This document shows, piece by piece, positions 14,801 to 28,605 of a DNA stretch of 64,000 nucleotides. Where the stretch lies: the NCBI GenBank assembly GCA_964106915.2, contig OZ066914.1. One strand, given 5' to 3'. How positions within the stretch are numbered: position 1 is the stretch's first letter; each line of letters begins with the position of its first letter. This DNA comes from Podarcis gaigeae (Eukaryota). The notes beneath the pieces were generated by a model. The model saw nothing but the letters and a program-made list of their open reading frames with translations. It was not told the origin of the DNA and ran no database searches. The position numbers and the translations under genes are program-made.

Positions 14801-17800
14801 TTGCTGGATGAGCACTTTACAGATTCTATCACACATCTCATGATATCACAAGGATTTGCCTAAAGAATTGCAGGAACAGCAGCAGGAATTGCCTAAAGGC
14901 AAAACACATGACTGTGACGGTCATGCCATTTCATCATGCGCCTACCCTATTACATATAAGGTGGTGAGGTGGAGACTAATTTTCATATCAAAAGTACAGC
15001 TTTGTGGTATCAGGATATCTGTGATAGGATTTCCCTGTGTTTTTAAAAGGGCAAATGATTGTGCAGAGGGATTACAATTTGAATCAGGGAGATACGATCT
15101 GATGTTACAATTGGGCTACACTCCCCCGCCCCTAAACTCAATACATCTTTTTCAAAAAGAATTGTCTCTTCATAGACAGAATAATGAAACAACCAGAAAC
15201 TAAAAATAGAGGCAGAATAGCAAAACAACTCCATTGCTGTCTTTAATTAAGGAAGCTGTACAGAATGTATTTAAAAGGATGAGCCAGATTTGGTTCAATT
15301 TTTTTTCAAAGTTATCCCAAAGCTGACTAGAGTTCACCTGTCAACACTCTAGTAGGGTAGTAATGTCCTATCACATGTTTCGTATTACTAGAAACTGGCT
15401 ACATTCTGATGCAACATTAAGACCTTGGTTGAAAATAAGCTATAGTCTAACGCATTCAAGAGATTTGCTCTTCCCAACTCCCAACACGACCATGGAGGAG
15501 AGGAAACAACCCTAAAACAAGCCACCGTCTGGCTTGTCATGATGTGTGAACCTGGTTTGTGGTTTGGTTCCTCCAAACAAACCACAAGCATAAACATTGG
15601 CTTACAACTCGCAGTTTGTCTGGAGGAAACAAACCATAAGATTCTGACTTGTGTCTTGTTCTATGTGGCACAGTTAGGGGCAGGGAAGGAACTATGGTTT
15701 AACATCCTGTGCAAACCAGGCCACAAGTTAAAGGAGGAGATTCACCACTGCTGCTGAAAACCAGAATTCCTCAGCTGCTGTAATGTCTAGTCACAGCCTG
15801 CGGAAAAACCTAAACAGGTGATCCAAATGTCCAGTGAGACATAGTAAGTCACAGTAAGACCACACCTTCTTCAAGCTAAACACGAAATGCCTTGGAATAC
15901 AGAGTGTGTCTACTAAAACCCACCTCAAAATGAAAGTCTGTTTTCACCTGCAGTTGTCAGAGGTTAAGGATAATTTATTTATACTACCTATCAATCTACA
16001 AAACAGACAAGTTGCTCCATTCCCAAGACATGCCTAAAAATGTATTCATCCAGCCATTTATCAGAGGGATCAGCATTGCAATATTGAGGTCATGGGGAAA
16101 GAAAAGAGGTTTAAAAATATATAACAAAGTAGTTGCTTAATTGTTTATATAAAAACTGCTGCTGTTGTTTTTTTCAAAGCTAGATTGACATACTTTTCAT
16201 AGCCAACACAGTTTTTATAAATATTTAAAAGGTCCACTTCAGATTTGTGATGCAAGCAGAGCACTTTAAAGAAATGAATTGATTTTTCTCATGGCTCCAT
16301 TATCATTCAATACTACTTACAAGCATTTCTTTTTCATGTTCTGCAGTATTATATAAATTTAAACCCAGGACTTTGTGTGTTCCCTGCTCCATATGGGATA
16401 TGTGCTTGGATATAATTTGACAGCCCTAAAAATCTCATTTTTTGTAAGTGCAGCAGTCTGTTATCTTGTTTACCTATGAAGAATGGAATGCAGATATTGC
16501 ATCATTAAACAGTCTCAGTTATTTCAGAGCCTCTTCCCTCCCCCTTTTCAGAAGAAAATAGAAATAAAGATTTCTAGTGTACTATTTCCTAGGTGAGAAC
16601 CACTAAATGTTACTTCCACATGAGAGTGCCCCACACACTGGTTGTAACATAAAAACTTCTTTTCACGTGGTTCAAACACATTGTGTGCAGATTCTCTAAC
16701 CCAGTACTAGAGAAAATAAGGCTCTGCAGAAAGTGACTTTCAAGTAGAATAATTTATGCACAATGGCTCTTGAGCAGCCTTCATAATGGAGCCTACTGAA
16801 ATAAGCAAACCCTAAAAGTGAGTTGACAGATGGTAACATAAACATCACAACACAAAACGAATACCAACAACAAACACCGGGTTCTTTCAGTCAGGCCACA
16901 TCACATTGTCTCTGGCACAATGTCTACAACAAGAAGGTGGTACGAAACTGAGAATTCAGTTCTAAAATTTGTGCCCAGTGTATGGCCAGATTAAATTTGC
17001 CAATGACCTTTCCCTCATGAAGATGTAAATGGCGAAGGCTCAGAATACAGAAATGCTATGAAACCGAGATGCACTGACCATATTACAGGAGTTTCAGCAC
17101 CAGACAGGTCTCTCCTGCTTCCCCATTAGTTTAATTGAGTGCAATCTAGTCCCTTTATACTTTCCTGTATTTTAGCCTCAGCACATTCCTTCAAACAAAA
17201 ACCACCATTTATGAAAGTCTATGTTTTCAAATTAGAGTCTCTAGCCAGTAATTTAAAATAAATAAAAGTCAGCATAAAAAAAATAGCAAATGGATTTCTA
17301 TTCTGCTTCTCTTCTTGGAAAAGTCCAAGTCAGCTACGAAACAAAACAGACCCCCCCCCAAAAAAAATCCCCTACTTTTTTTTAAAAAAAAGAATAGAAC
17401 TTTAAAACACAGAACTAAGTCAAGGTGCCAAATCATCAATAACGCTGGACATACAATATGTCAAGCAAATGGAATGCCTTCCAGAATTTAAAAGAAGTAT
17501 TGAAGAGATAAAAGTATAGCAATGAGGAAACCAGATGGATGTCTGAGGGCAGAGACCACATCCCAGCCAAATGTACCTTAGACAGAAGACATGCACAGGA
17601 AAGGGAAGGGTAATATGGGTCACTTTGAGAGTGCCAGGATGACACATTTTAAACAAGAAGTTAGTTGCTGTTCTTATGAGAAAACAGCAAGTTTCCCTTA
17701 TAAAAAGACATAGGTCTGACAAGCTCATGCAAATACTTCCCCAGCCAATCCCAACTTGCCTTTATCAGTCAGTAGCAAGCAAACACGTGACACTTCTTTT

Positions 17801-18524
17801 AGACACAAGCATGGGCCAATGTTCTTGAGGTGCAATTGACTCAAAGCAAGTACAAACAACCATTGACATCTTAGACAGAAGCCCCTTTTTATCTGCCAAG
17901 TAGGCCTGGGTGAAATTTTATCAAAGTAATTTAAAAAACCACATCACAACAAATGCACTGCTTCATCTGAGTTGGATAGCCTAAACTGTAACAAGCCATT
18001 CTTGACCCATAACTACTATATTGGATGGGACACCATTGATTCAATGGTAGTCAAAAAGAACCTGGCTTTTTCAGAAAACACACACAGCTAGCATACATCA
18101 TAGAGTATGACAAACATCTACATTTCTATACAAAGCATTTTAATCATACATTTTCCCTTAACAAATATGCTTTTATTTGAATTCTTGATTCTACCACCTC
18201 ATTGCCTAAAAATGGGCTTTCTAACATGTCCTTTCTAATTCAGCACAGTTTTTCCTGCAAGTTTCATTCTGCTCTGCAGTAAACCAAGGTGCTTGATTTA
18301 AAAGTCAATAGTGAAAGCCAGCTTCCTATTCTGGCAGAGAGAAATAAATAATTAGTCAAATAATTCCCCAAGAGAATTCTGGAAAATCGACCAGATACTC
18401 AAGTTGGAGATTGACAAACCTGCAGGGTCCAACAATTTTGCTGCAGCCCAATGGTTGGTCGTATTACAAAGGAAGTGATGATTCAGTACAATGTAGCATT
18501 TTGTATTTAAACTGTTATGCATCT

Positions 18525-18666
18525 GGGATAGCTCAGTCAACAGAGCATGAGACTCTCAGAATCATGAATTTGAGTCTCATGTTGGGTAGAAGATTCAATT
18601 CCTGCATTGCAGGGGGTTGAACTAGATGACCCTGGTGTTCCTTCCAACTCTACAATCCCATGATTA
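18525..18666 (+). mobile_element. tRNA-head / CR1-tail SINE (Squam2-like)
   Basis: GGGATAGCTCAGT head and a CR1-type tail GGGGGTTGAACTAGATGACC...CTTCCAACTCTACAAT. Related degraded pieces occur near 25830-25880(-), 29320-29380(-) and 57620-57745(+). Confidence 0.65.
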
Positions 18667-21600
18667 TATGTTGCACAATGAAATAACCAATATCATGCTT
18701 ACAACAAGGTTGTATCTTGCAGGAATGAAGTACAAGCTAAACTATACAGCTAAATGCATGAAATATGCACTTTGGTACCAAGGACAGCAACACTGGCGCA
18801 GACAAATAAACAATAGCAGCAGTACGCTAACCTAGAAGAAAATTAATTTTCAGAGAATCTCCTTGACCTTTCAGCTGCATGTCAGTCTTCACTGCATTGT
18901 GAAGCTGTGAATAAGTAAATGCTTCATGTCCATCTCTCTAGCACAGCAGATCTCATCACCATAGAAAAGCTTTGTCAATAGAACACATACGTATCTGGCA
19001 AGGCACAGAGCCAGGCATACTTCCAAATTTCTTCTATGCAAAGTATCTTAATCCCACTGTCTCTTAATATAGTGTCGTTTATATCCTGTGATCAGCAGCA
19101 TGTGCCCTTCTGACCAGATTAATCAAATCCCTCTATTCTGGGCTGTTTCACAGGGTTTCACTCTCCTTAGAACAGATTTTATTTATTCATTGATTTTCAT
19201 CACACTTCCTCTTAATGACAGAGGTGGCGTACAAATTTTAACAAAAGAAAGAAAAGCCATGATGTGTCATAACAAATATGCGCTGCAACAGATCAAACAG
19301 GCACAGTTAATTACTATTCAACCCCTAAACTAATTTAAATAAAAGGCCTTACACTTCTCTAAAAGTGAAGGATCAGGTCCACTGGCACATATTTACAGAT
19401 GCTTCCGCAGGGCTGGAACTGATAAAACCCTATTCCTGGAATAGATGGATTTCACAGTCCTATAATGGAGACAGTCAGTCAGGTCATTTATCCATAGCAG
19501 TGACTAAAGGAGAAATTACCTCTGGGAGGAGTGCAGAGACAAGTGCCATGGCGCACCTGTAGCAGCAAAAACTAGACTCCTTCATCCGCCCCAGCTGCAA
19601 AACCTGTCTCTCCTGTATTGGTCTCTACAGCCACAGCAGGTGCTGTAACTCTCCAAAGGTTTGACTTCACCTATAAAGGCACACTCTTCCATTGTCTTCC
19701 AAAACAAACAGATGCCAACAATTAATCATGTTTGCGTAATCTGGTGCAGATAACATCGGCTAACCACGCCTGACTACTGCAGTTTACATGCCTGACCACA
19801 AAATGCTATTTAGCCATCTAATCACTATGTTTAAAGTAGGCAGGCTATCATAAATCAGCCTTCATTTATTTGGTTCAATTGGATTAATGAGCTTCTTAGC
19901 CTGTAATCCATACCACGCAGTGTTAAATTAAACTGAGGTGGGAGTAAGATCTGCCAGATTGGGTTTGGGTGGTGTTTTTTTATTTAAAAAACACACCAAA
20001 AGCTTTTACCACACTGGGAAAACCAATTAGCATTAATAATTCATTAATTCATTAGCACACTTCATGGATTATGTGCAGCTAAATTTTAGTTGAATATTCA
20101 AATTAGGGCTCGCCAAAGCCCTAAGATTCAGATATTAGTATTTATGAATGCATAAAGGAAATGATAGATTGAACTTGTAGTAGTCTTATATAACTGAGTA
20201 ATTCTAAATGCATATGTTTTGATTGGATATTTTATTGGTTTTCCTTTTTCAAATAAGTTATCACAACAGAATGTTTTACAATTTTTCAAACTGAAATGTT
20301 AAAGCCAAACATTGAAATAGTACCCACAGCTCATATTACAATACAAAAACCTGCATAATTAAATTCTATCATGCCATCAGGGCTATGAATGGTTTTAAGA
20401 AACACCTTGCCTCCCATTAAACATGCAAATCCTGTTTTGAAATTTGTATAAATTTTAAAGCACTTTGCAATATGGCAATACAGAGTAGTTGGAGGTTACC
20501 ATTCCAAGAAAAAGATCAAACAAAAAGTCATAATGGGCATGTGCTGGTAGTTAGACATGCTCCTAAAATGAGTCTGAAGTGCACATCTGTATGTATACAT
20601 CTCTGGTGGTATTCATCTACGTTTTACTCAGAGTAAACCTACTTAAATTAACAGCTCTAACTTAGGCTGTGTACATACACCCCATTTAAATTTGCATCCA
20701 GTGTACTCCCATCTCTATTTTGTGAAGCCATGCACACACAACATTAGCCATAATCCACATTTATCCTGTAGCTTGATAAATATTGTGTTTTCCTGAGTTT
20801 TTCCCAAACCAGCTTCAGTTTGATTTAAAAATGGGATGCTTTCCTGAGCAAATTGCAGGTTCCAAAGGTCTTATCCAGATCAGCAGCAGAGTGGGGCAAA
20901 GGGGGCTAAATACCCCCTTCCCACAAGACAGGGGATCAAGTCCTTTTTCTGTTAGAAGTCATGTATGTTAAGGCAGAGATATTTTATGTATCCTCTAGCT
21001 TGGCCATCATCTTCTCTCTCCCCTCTACTCATTTCTAAACAGTCCTGAACATGTGAATTATTAACTGAATTACTGGTGAACAATTTAGTCGGTACAGCAA
21101 TGCATTAAAAGGTACAACAAACATGTTGTCTTATTCGGCCCAATATCTCTTTCTTTGAGGAGTTAACAACCTTCAGGTCATTTTGTGCTTGGTGAGCAGA
21201 TGTAGAGTTGCTATATGAACTGTGGGTGCATCGTTAATTTAGTCTAAATACATGCAGAAACAGCAAAGATGCATGCTGGATTTATATTGAAATCTACAGT
21301 AAAAATAAGTTCTAGTATCAGCTTTTTATGTTTATTTTAGCCACAATCATTTGCTGAGCAGGTAAAGGAGCAATGAAAGGATGCAACGAATATAAAACAT
21401 TTCTCTCTCACATACAGTTATTTGCTTCATGCTAAATATTTGTTCTCTAAATATTTTAATCACTTCTAGAATAAATAAAACATGATGACTGACTGAGCCA
21501 GGATACTTTGGTTATTATAATTACTCCTCTTTTGTATCATTCTATTCATATGAAATAACCTGGGTTTTAATTAGTTAGAAATAAACTCTGCTTCAGATAT

Positions 21601-22582
21601 GACAAGCTGCAAAGCCCAATTAAATAGATTGACAATATCTTGGCATGACACTACAAGACTTTCATTGTTTACAATGGATCTTAAGCCCAAAGAGCTGTGA
21701 TATGATACAGAAATGCAATATTCTTGACAATATTTATTTTTGCATTCTGTGGCGACAGGGGCTCCAGTTTTGATCAGAACAGCATGCTAGTGAGATGGAG
21801 TTTAACCTTTTCCTCCTGCACTATTTTTCTGGTCTAAATCTCCTCTGCACCTGAAGCTGTGATTAGCCCTGTTGGGAAACAATGCAGAAAACAGGTACCA
21901 AGCATTTTCCCCAGAGGGGCTAATGATGACTTCAGGGCAGCAGATGTTCAGTCAGGAAAAGAACACTGGAGATACTGCTACAGCAATCAATCACTGAGGC
22001 CACCAGTAACTGGATTACCGCGGCCAAGTTATCTCTGTCCAGGAATGGTTGTAGCTATAACTCAGAGCTGGTGAAAGGTATCCCTAGGCACTGAGATCAC
22101 CTGGGCCTCTAGAGAAAAAGATAAATCCTGGTGTATTTCCAGTCTATGCACCTAATTCTATAGACAAGTGCAACCACATTCAGAATGCATAACTGGCCTC
22201 TCCAGTCTAAGGCTTGCAAAAATATACTCGACTCACATGCAGTGGAGAAATAGATACTGGTAGCATCTCACTCCAAATCCCCTAATGACCACTCTCAATG
22301 CTAAACAGCTTTGGTGGCAATATAGTTACTTGTGGCACATAATTGTCAGAGAGCTGAATAGCATCCCTCAACACTAGTTTGCAAAATGACTCCGCTGGAG
22401 TATAGCACCCGTGATGCCCATCCCATGGAGTCAATCTGGATACATGTTGATGGTGTCAAAAGCCACAGAGAGATGAAACAAGAGGAAGCAGGATCACACA
22501 TACCCTCTCTCTTTCAATAAAGGTCATCCACCAGAGCGAAGGACCGTTAAGTCCACAAACCCAGACTGAAAAAGGTCTAGAT

Positions 22583-22718
22583 CAGGCATTCCCAACCTTC
22601 GGCCCTCCAGATGTTTTGGATTACAATTTCTATCATCCCTGACCACTGGTCGCGTTAGCTAGGGATCATAGGAGTTGTAGGCCAAAACATCTGGAGGGCC
22701 ACAGGTTGGGGATGCCTG
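22583..22718. mobile_element. hAT-type palindromic MITE
   Basis: TIR CAGGCATTCCCAACCT/AGGTTGGGGATGCCTG; perfect 8-bp TSD GTCTAGAT. Confidence 0.88.
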
Positions 22719-22904
22719 GTCTAGATAAAATCAGTGGCTTCCAGGAATGCCTGTTAATATGGGCAAAGACTGGAAGCTTCAGGAGCCGCACAATGCCCAA
22801 TATGTGTTCAAAGTGTTGAATTATTCCTACTTTTAGAACAGTGAATGTACCTTGATATCTCTCATCCTATTTCCTGCTCCATTTTAGGCAGACCTACGTG
22901 TGCT

Positions 22905-23141
22905 CCATGAGTTTGACCAAAGTGCAGGACAAAATAAAAAAATTCCTTCCAGTAGCACCTTAATTTTTTAATTTTTTTTTTAATTTTTTAATTTTGTTTT
23001 GACTATGGCAGACCAACACGGCTACCTATCTGTAACTGGAACTATCAAAGTGCAGGAGGCAGTGAAAGACAGAGTGCCTGGCGTGCTCTGGTCCATGAGG
23101 TCATGAAGAGTCAAGCACGACTAAACGACTAAACAACAACA
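22905..23141 (+). mobile_element. BovB/RTE LINE 3' end interrupted by a Penelope-like insert
   Basis: CCTGGCGTGCTCTGGTCCATGAGGTCATGAAGAGTC...ACGACTAAACGACTAAACAACAACAAC tail. TSD ACGTGTGCT at 22896-22904 and 23142-23150. Confidence 0.8.
22930..23045. mobile_element. Penelope-like remnant nested in BovB
   Basis: Sequence AAAATAAAAAAATTCCTTCCAGTAGCACCTT...GCAGACCAACACGGCTACC, flanked by the direct repeat CAAAGTGCAGGA (22918-22929, 23046-23057). The family is assigned from memory of lizard repeats. Confidence 0.55.
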
Positions 23142-24251
23142 ACGTGTGCTACTGCTGAACACCAACATTCAACATATAGAAATGCTGAGTTCTGCAAACT
23201 GCATATGCATATTTGTGGTACTTTGCATAATTTATTCTGCTTCTACCAAGAAATTAAGAAGGCAGGAGCCACACATGGCACAAGAGCCAACACCCACAAC
23301 CACTGTGTTTCCGTCTTTCTTCAAGTACATAAAACCCAGGTCAGCATTTTCAAATTAGCGTAACCCCTTTTCCCTTTTTCATTCTTAAATGAAATAAATA
23401 AATAAAGAAGGAAATAATAATATCAAGTTTCCCAGGAATCTGACTTTTTAATCAATTTCTACACTCACTCTGCAGAATCACAACACATATAGCTTGGGTA
23501 TGCTTATGTTGGCAGAGAAGGCATGCTAATTCTTACATTTCTGTAAACTACCAACAAGGCTTGCTTCAAACAGGTCACATTATAGTCCTTTGTTTTTTTG
23601 TGTGTTATTTTTTAAAAAGGGTAATAACTACCCCCACAGTGCAGTGCTCCACCTTTTCCATCCTTGCTGAAAGAACAGCAGTTGTTAATGCCAAATATAT
23701 GGTTGGCTTTTCAAATTGTTTGCAAACTTTTGCATAAAGGAAAATTGCACAGTTGGCAGCTTAATGGATGTTTACTACAGTTCTAAATACAACTTGAGAA
23801 ATTATGCATATCAAATGTGTTTGTAATTGCATGATTTATTGTGGACTTCATGTAAATATTCATGTAAATTGACTTCAGTCAATAGCCAGTTACTGCCATT
23901 AAAAACGTATTCAAGACTGCATGCTCAAGTCAGCACACACTCACCCTTCATTCTGTTATTAAGCAAGGAGAATGTTACCAGAATTGTTTGTGTTCTTAAA
24001 ACACATTTATACAAGCCGTTATCAGGAAGTTTCTGTAAGCTTACAGCAACATGCTTTACTCAATAATATATATTTCAACCAACCTGATTTGCCTAGGACA
24101 GACTACCTCAACATCACAAATGATGGAACCAGCCAAGGGTGTAAGAGATTTAAAAAGACTATAGAAGACTTGGAAAATTTAAGGTGGCTTTGAAATGATC
24201 TCTTCACTCCCACTGGATTTATTTTTATTTGACAACATTTATTAACTTCTT

Positions 24252-25529
24252 TTTTTTAAATATAATTTTTATTAACAAACCAATCAAATCACATTAATTC
24301 CAAATTACAGAGCCAAATTTTTAAATTTTTGTTGGGGGTCCCATGCTTCGAGCTCAGAAAGGGATCCAAACATCTCTCTTGCTGCTTTAATATTCACAGT
24401 TCTGTCCAAATAGTATTCACAGTTCTGTCCAATCTTCTCTTTATTGTTTTCCTCATCTTCTTGTTGTTATCATATATTCCTTTCTTTGTGACCTCTGATA
24501 GTCTCCACAAGCGGGTTAAAAACAAACGTTGTTATATCCTGTGTGGATTTTCCATTCCTCCAAGAGCCATATTCAAACAGACAGACGCCATTTCAACACT
24601 TCCATACAAAACATTCTTAAAGTCTGCCCATTAGTCCTCGCAGGCCTGTCACTCTCTCCTCGATCTTCTTAGGGGGTTCTGCCAGGTCAAACTCACAGTC
24701 CAATATGATAACAAAGCCATGGTCTCCTCCCCCTTGATCGTAAATCCTGCAACCAGGCCTGCTTCCTAGCGAGTCTCTTTTTATATAACAGCGTCATTCC
24801 AAAGGCCTTTCATTCCTTTACAGATATTCCACAAACCATGTCTTTGATAAGTAATTAATTTCCACACAGTTCTTAATCATCCCGCTTATAATCAGTAGTT
24901 GCAACAATTCTTCTTGGGGGGGGGGGGATTGTTAGGTAATCACATAAGATAAAAAAAGAAACGTTCCCCCCCATTCCGTCCCGTTCCGACATGTGTCTTC
25001 TTCTTTATATATTTTCCTGTTGAATCCAGTCCGTCGCTCCACTTCACAGAGGTCACTTCAATTAGCAGTCTTAACTCCCGTTCTTCACTTGAAATATGTG
25101 CATTTGCTTCTCTCTAATTGTTTATTTTGAGCTGCTGCAACCAGGCCGCTATCAGAGACAGCGTCCGGGAGAGCCATCCCACACGAGTGCTGTGCGCCCA
25201 GCACCCTCACCCCCTTCTTTCAAACTCGGGGGTGATTTATGGCAACCGCAGGTGAGGCAGTGTTTCCCCATTCCCTGGGGTAACAAGGGAGGCTGCATAC
25301 TCCCATATCAGCCTCTAAATCAGTGTTTCCCAACCTTGGGTCTCCAGCTGTTTTTGGACTACAACTCCCATCATCGCTAGCTAGCAAGACCAGTGGTCAG
25401 GGATGATGGGAACTGTAGTCCAAAAAAAGATGGAGACCCAAGGTTGGGAAACACTGCTCTAAATTACCTTGTGTGAGCCGGAGAGATGGTATTGTCGGCC
25501 ATCTTCCAATGCGCCCCTAGCGGCCTCCC
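24252..25529 (-). mobile_element. Short L1-like non-autonomous retroelement with 5' end, poly(A) and 16-bp TSD
   Basis: Direct repeat CATTTATTAACTTCTT at 24236-24251 and 25530-25545. On the minus strand there is AATAAA plus an A-tail at the left end and a GC-rich start containing AAGATGGCCG at the right end. Confidence 0.75.
25321..25456. mobile_element. hAT-type palindromic MITE nested in the L1-like element
   Basis: TIR CAGTGTTTCCCAACCTTGGGTCTCCA; perfect 8-bp TSD CTCTAAAT. Confidence 0.88.
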
Positions 25530-28522
25530 CATTTATTAACTTCTTAATAGGCAAAGTTTACAATTGGTTTGCATAAAAACAATATAAAATGGTCATTAAA
25601 ATACAAATCAAAGTTTAACCAACCTTAAAAAAACCAAGTTGACAAAATAAAATTTATCAATGTACAAACGTCAAAATAGCACATCGGGGTAGACTTGCCT
25701 AAACAATTTCTTGTTTTTGCAAGCCTTTAAAAATGTATAGTAAAGGCGCCTGCTTAATATTAATCTGCAGGGAGCTCCAGACAACAGGTGCTGCCACACT
25801 GAAGGATCAATTACTTGCAAAAGAATAATAGAATTGGAAGGGACCCCAATGGTAATCTAGTCCAACCCCCTGCAATGTAGGAAACTCAACATTATACGGC
25901 ATTTGCAAAAGTGCCAGTTACACAGGTTGAAGTTGTTGAGTGGATGAGCAAGGTAAACTGGTCCCAAGCTGTTACGGGTGTTACTAATAGTAGCACCTTG
26001 AATTTGGCCCAGGGCCATGTGTATTCTATGCTGACAGAATCTCATTCCCACCGATCATGCTGCAGTATTCTGCTCTAACTGTAGTTTTCAGACAAAGTGC
26101 ACTGCATACAGACTGCACTGCAGTGATCCAATTTTTAAAGATTCTAAAGCCTGGTCTACTGTGGTCAAGCTTTCACGGTCATAGCCATAGATATTGTTCT
26201 AGCAGAAGCAGATAAAAGGCATTCCTAGCCACTGAGACCTCACAGGCCTCCAGTGACAAAGTTGGATCCAGAAGGATCCCCAAACTGTGATACCTGCTCC
26301 CTCAGGGACAATCAATTGGCCAATTTCTTAGACATGGGAACAACTCGCCTATAGGGCCTGGTTACAAGCTGAGTAATGAGCAGCATTATTAGAGACTCAT
26401 ATGCAATTAGGAGAGAGACTTTCCTCCCCCAGTTTCCAGGATCCAGGCTTTAATTCATAATTTTAACAAGTTTTTAAAAAAAAAAATCAAAAATTTTATA
26501 AACCCGTTCACAGTTGTGGGGGGTGGAAGGACAAACAAAACTGAAAAAGCAGTTTCTCCCATTCATAATTCCAAGAAATTTACTGAATATTTTAATACAG
26601 GACATCTCTCAGAACAGACGGTTCAGGGATTAGCCATTCTGTTACTGTGGTAGGCTTTTTTTTAAAACCATCTCCCGCCCCCACCATCCTACCCAAATTC
26701 TGCTTGTTGCTAATCCTTCCTTCTCATCTAAACCTGCTTGGGTTGTTGCCTTGGACAGGAGAGTAAATACACAGGATAGTGTGTGCATTGCTGTGATGAA
26801 TGAACAAATCTTATCTAATGATTAAGAGCTAATAAGAAGGTCGAGTTTTAGCATGTTTCATTGATCTTCGGAGCTGGCATCACTTTCTAAATTCCCTGTG
26901 ATCTTTTCTGCTTTATTTGTTCATCACATCTGATGGAGACATAATACAACTGAACTCAGGGCTGCTCAAGCAACATTGCTTGTATTTAAATGTCAGAAGC
27001 TGCACACTTGACTAGTTAATATTCCACCACAATCCTGCACCCAAACCTGTTGTGATGTTGATGTGCAACAATGCATGGGAATATTTGGTTATTTAGAATG
27101 CTTGATACTGTAGTGAAAATTCAGAGCATCCTATACTTTTCGCTTGCTTTGAATCTAAGGCTAGATGGAAGTATTTTGCTTTAAAAACCATTATGCTGGC
27201 AGCTCTGGAAAAGACATTCTATTGAAGTACTTTATTAATCAAATACTGTACACCTTCTTTGGTATTCCCAGTGTGCCAGATTTGCTGCTTCCATTTCTGA
27301 GGAATGAAAGGCTTTGAACCTGCTCAGCCTTATGAGACAATGAGACAATGGTCCAAAGTCCCTCTGTGACGTAAGCACCGCAGACTGCAAATGATTTCTA
27401 CTGGCTGCTGCCTGAAGACAGCAACATGGGAGGCAATGAGAGGTGAAAGGTGATGTTGCAAAGCTTTGTCAAAAGAGAGACTTTGTGTTCAATTATATGT
27501 CAAACTGGCTTCCAGGTATATAGATCTTGACTATTAATACGCTATTAACTGTAGTCACTCTTTCTTTTCTTTATCTTAAAGGATTCTGCTTGGCTACAAG
27601 GCATTGTGAGCTTGCTACATTTTGTAGCCTGCAAAGGTCAAGTGTTTGCAACAAAAAGGAGAATACTGTGAAATTTAAAGCAGGTCAAATGCGCTCAGTG
27701 TTAGTTCACAAGTTTCCATAGCTCCAGTAGCCAATTAAAACCTTATTTATTTTTACTGCTAAAATAGAGGAATGTGAGCATGGGGTTTTTTTTGACAAGG
27801 GAAGAGGGGAGAGTTCAACAGCAGTAACAGAACCTCAAACTCTAAATGCTTAATTGGGTACAGATTTGTGTGTTATAGAATTGTATTGCTCTTAATCATA
27901 TAGTCTTATTTTTGTGAGTGCAGACCTGGGACTGTATAGTGAAGAAATAAATCTTGTAAATGAACTATTTCCAATGTTTTTCCTTTTAATAATGCGTTTG
28001 CAATATTGTGAAGCAAGAGTGAAGAGAGAACCAAATTCAAAATAAAATAAAATAAACAAGGTGAACTGGGGAGAAAAGGGGCTCATGAAATGGCTCAAAA
28101 ACAAGTCAAGAAAAAGGAAAAACTCATGGGGTGGGTAATTTGTTTTATAAAGGGCTGCATAAGCATTTCATCATCTGAAAATATCAGAGAAGCATTCAGC
28201 AACCAACAAACAAAAGGCGAGTAAAAATAAGGAAGGACGAAGGTATTTTGACGGGGAGGCTATGACTCTAGTGATATGACAGACACTAATAAGTGTATGC
28301 ATCTCTCATAACAGTTTCCACACAGTTCAATTTGCAGCTGACACACAAGCCAGAAAAATGTTTGGCATTTTTTCTAGCAGCAAGGAATCACCATTTCAGC
28401 TTTAAGAAAAAGCAGCTACCTTCCCTACCAAAAAATCTTTCTGGGAATACTATCTAGATCCCCCAAATCAAATGGAACGCAACCAGACATTCACTGGGAA
28501 GCCAACATGCTTAGATCTAAAC

Positions 28523-28605
28523 CACGCATAGGCAAACTTGGCCCTCCAGATGTTTTGGGACTGCAACTCCCATCATCCCTGATGACTGGTCCTGTTAGCT
28601 AGGGA
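28523..28605. mobile_element. Truncated (half) hAT MITE
   Basis: Same left arm and core as 38465-38600, preceded by ATCTAAAC; the right arm is missing. Confidence 0.7.

Noticed and set aside
17093-17108. REST/NRSE-like TTCAGCACCAGACAGG
   Set aside because: The half-site spacing is wrong and the right half is poor.
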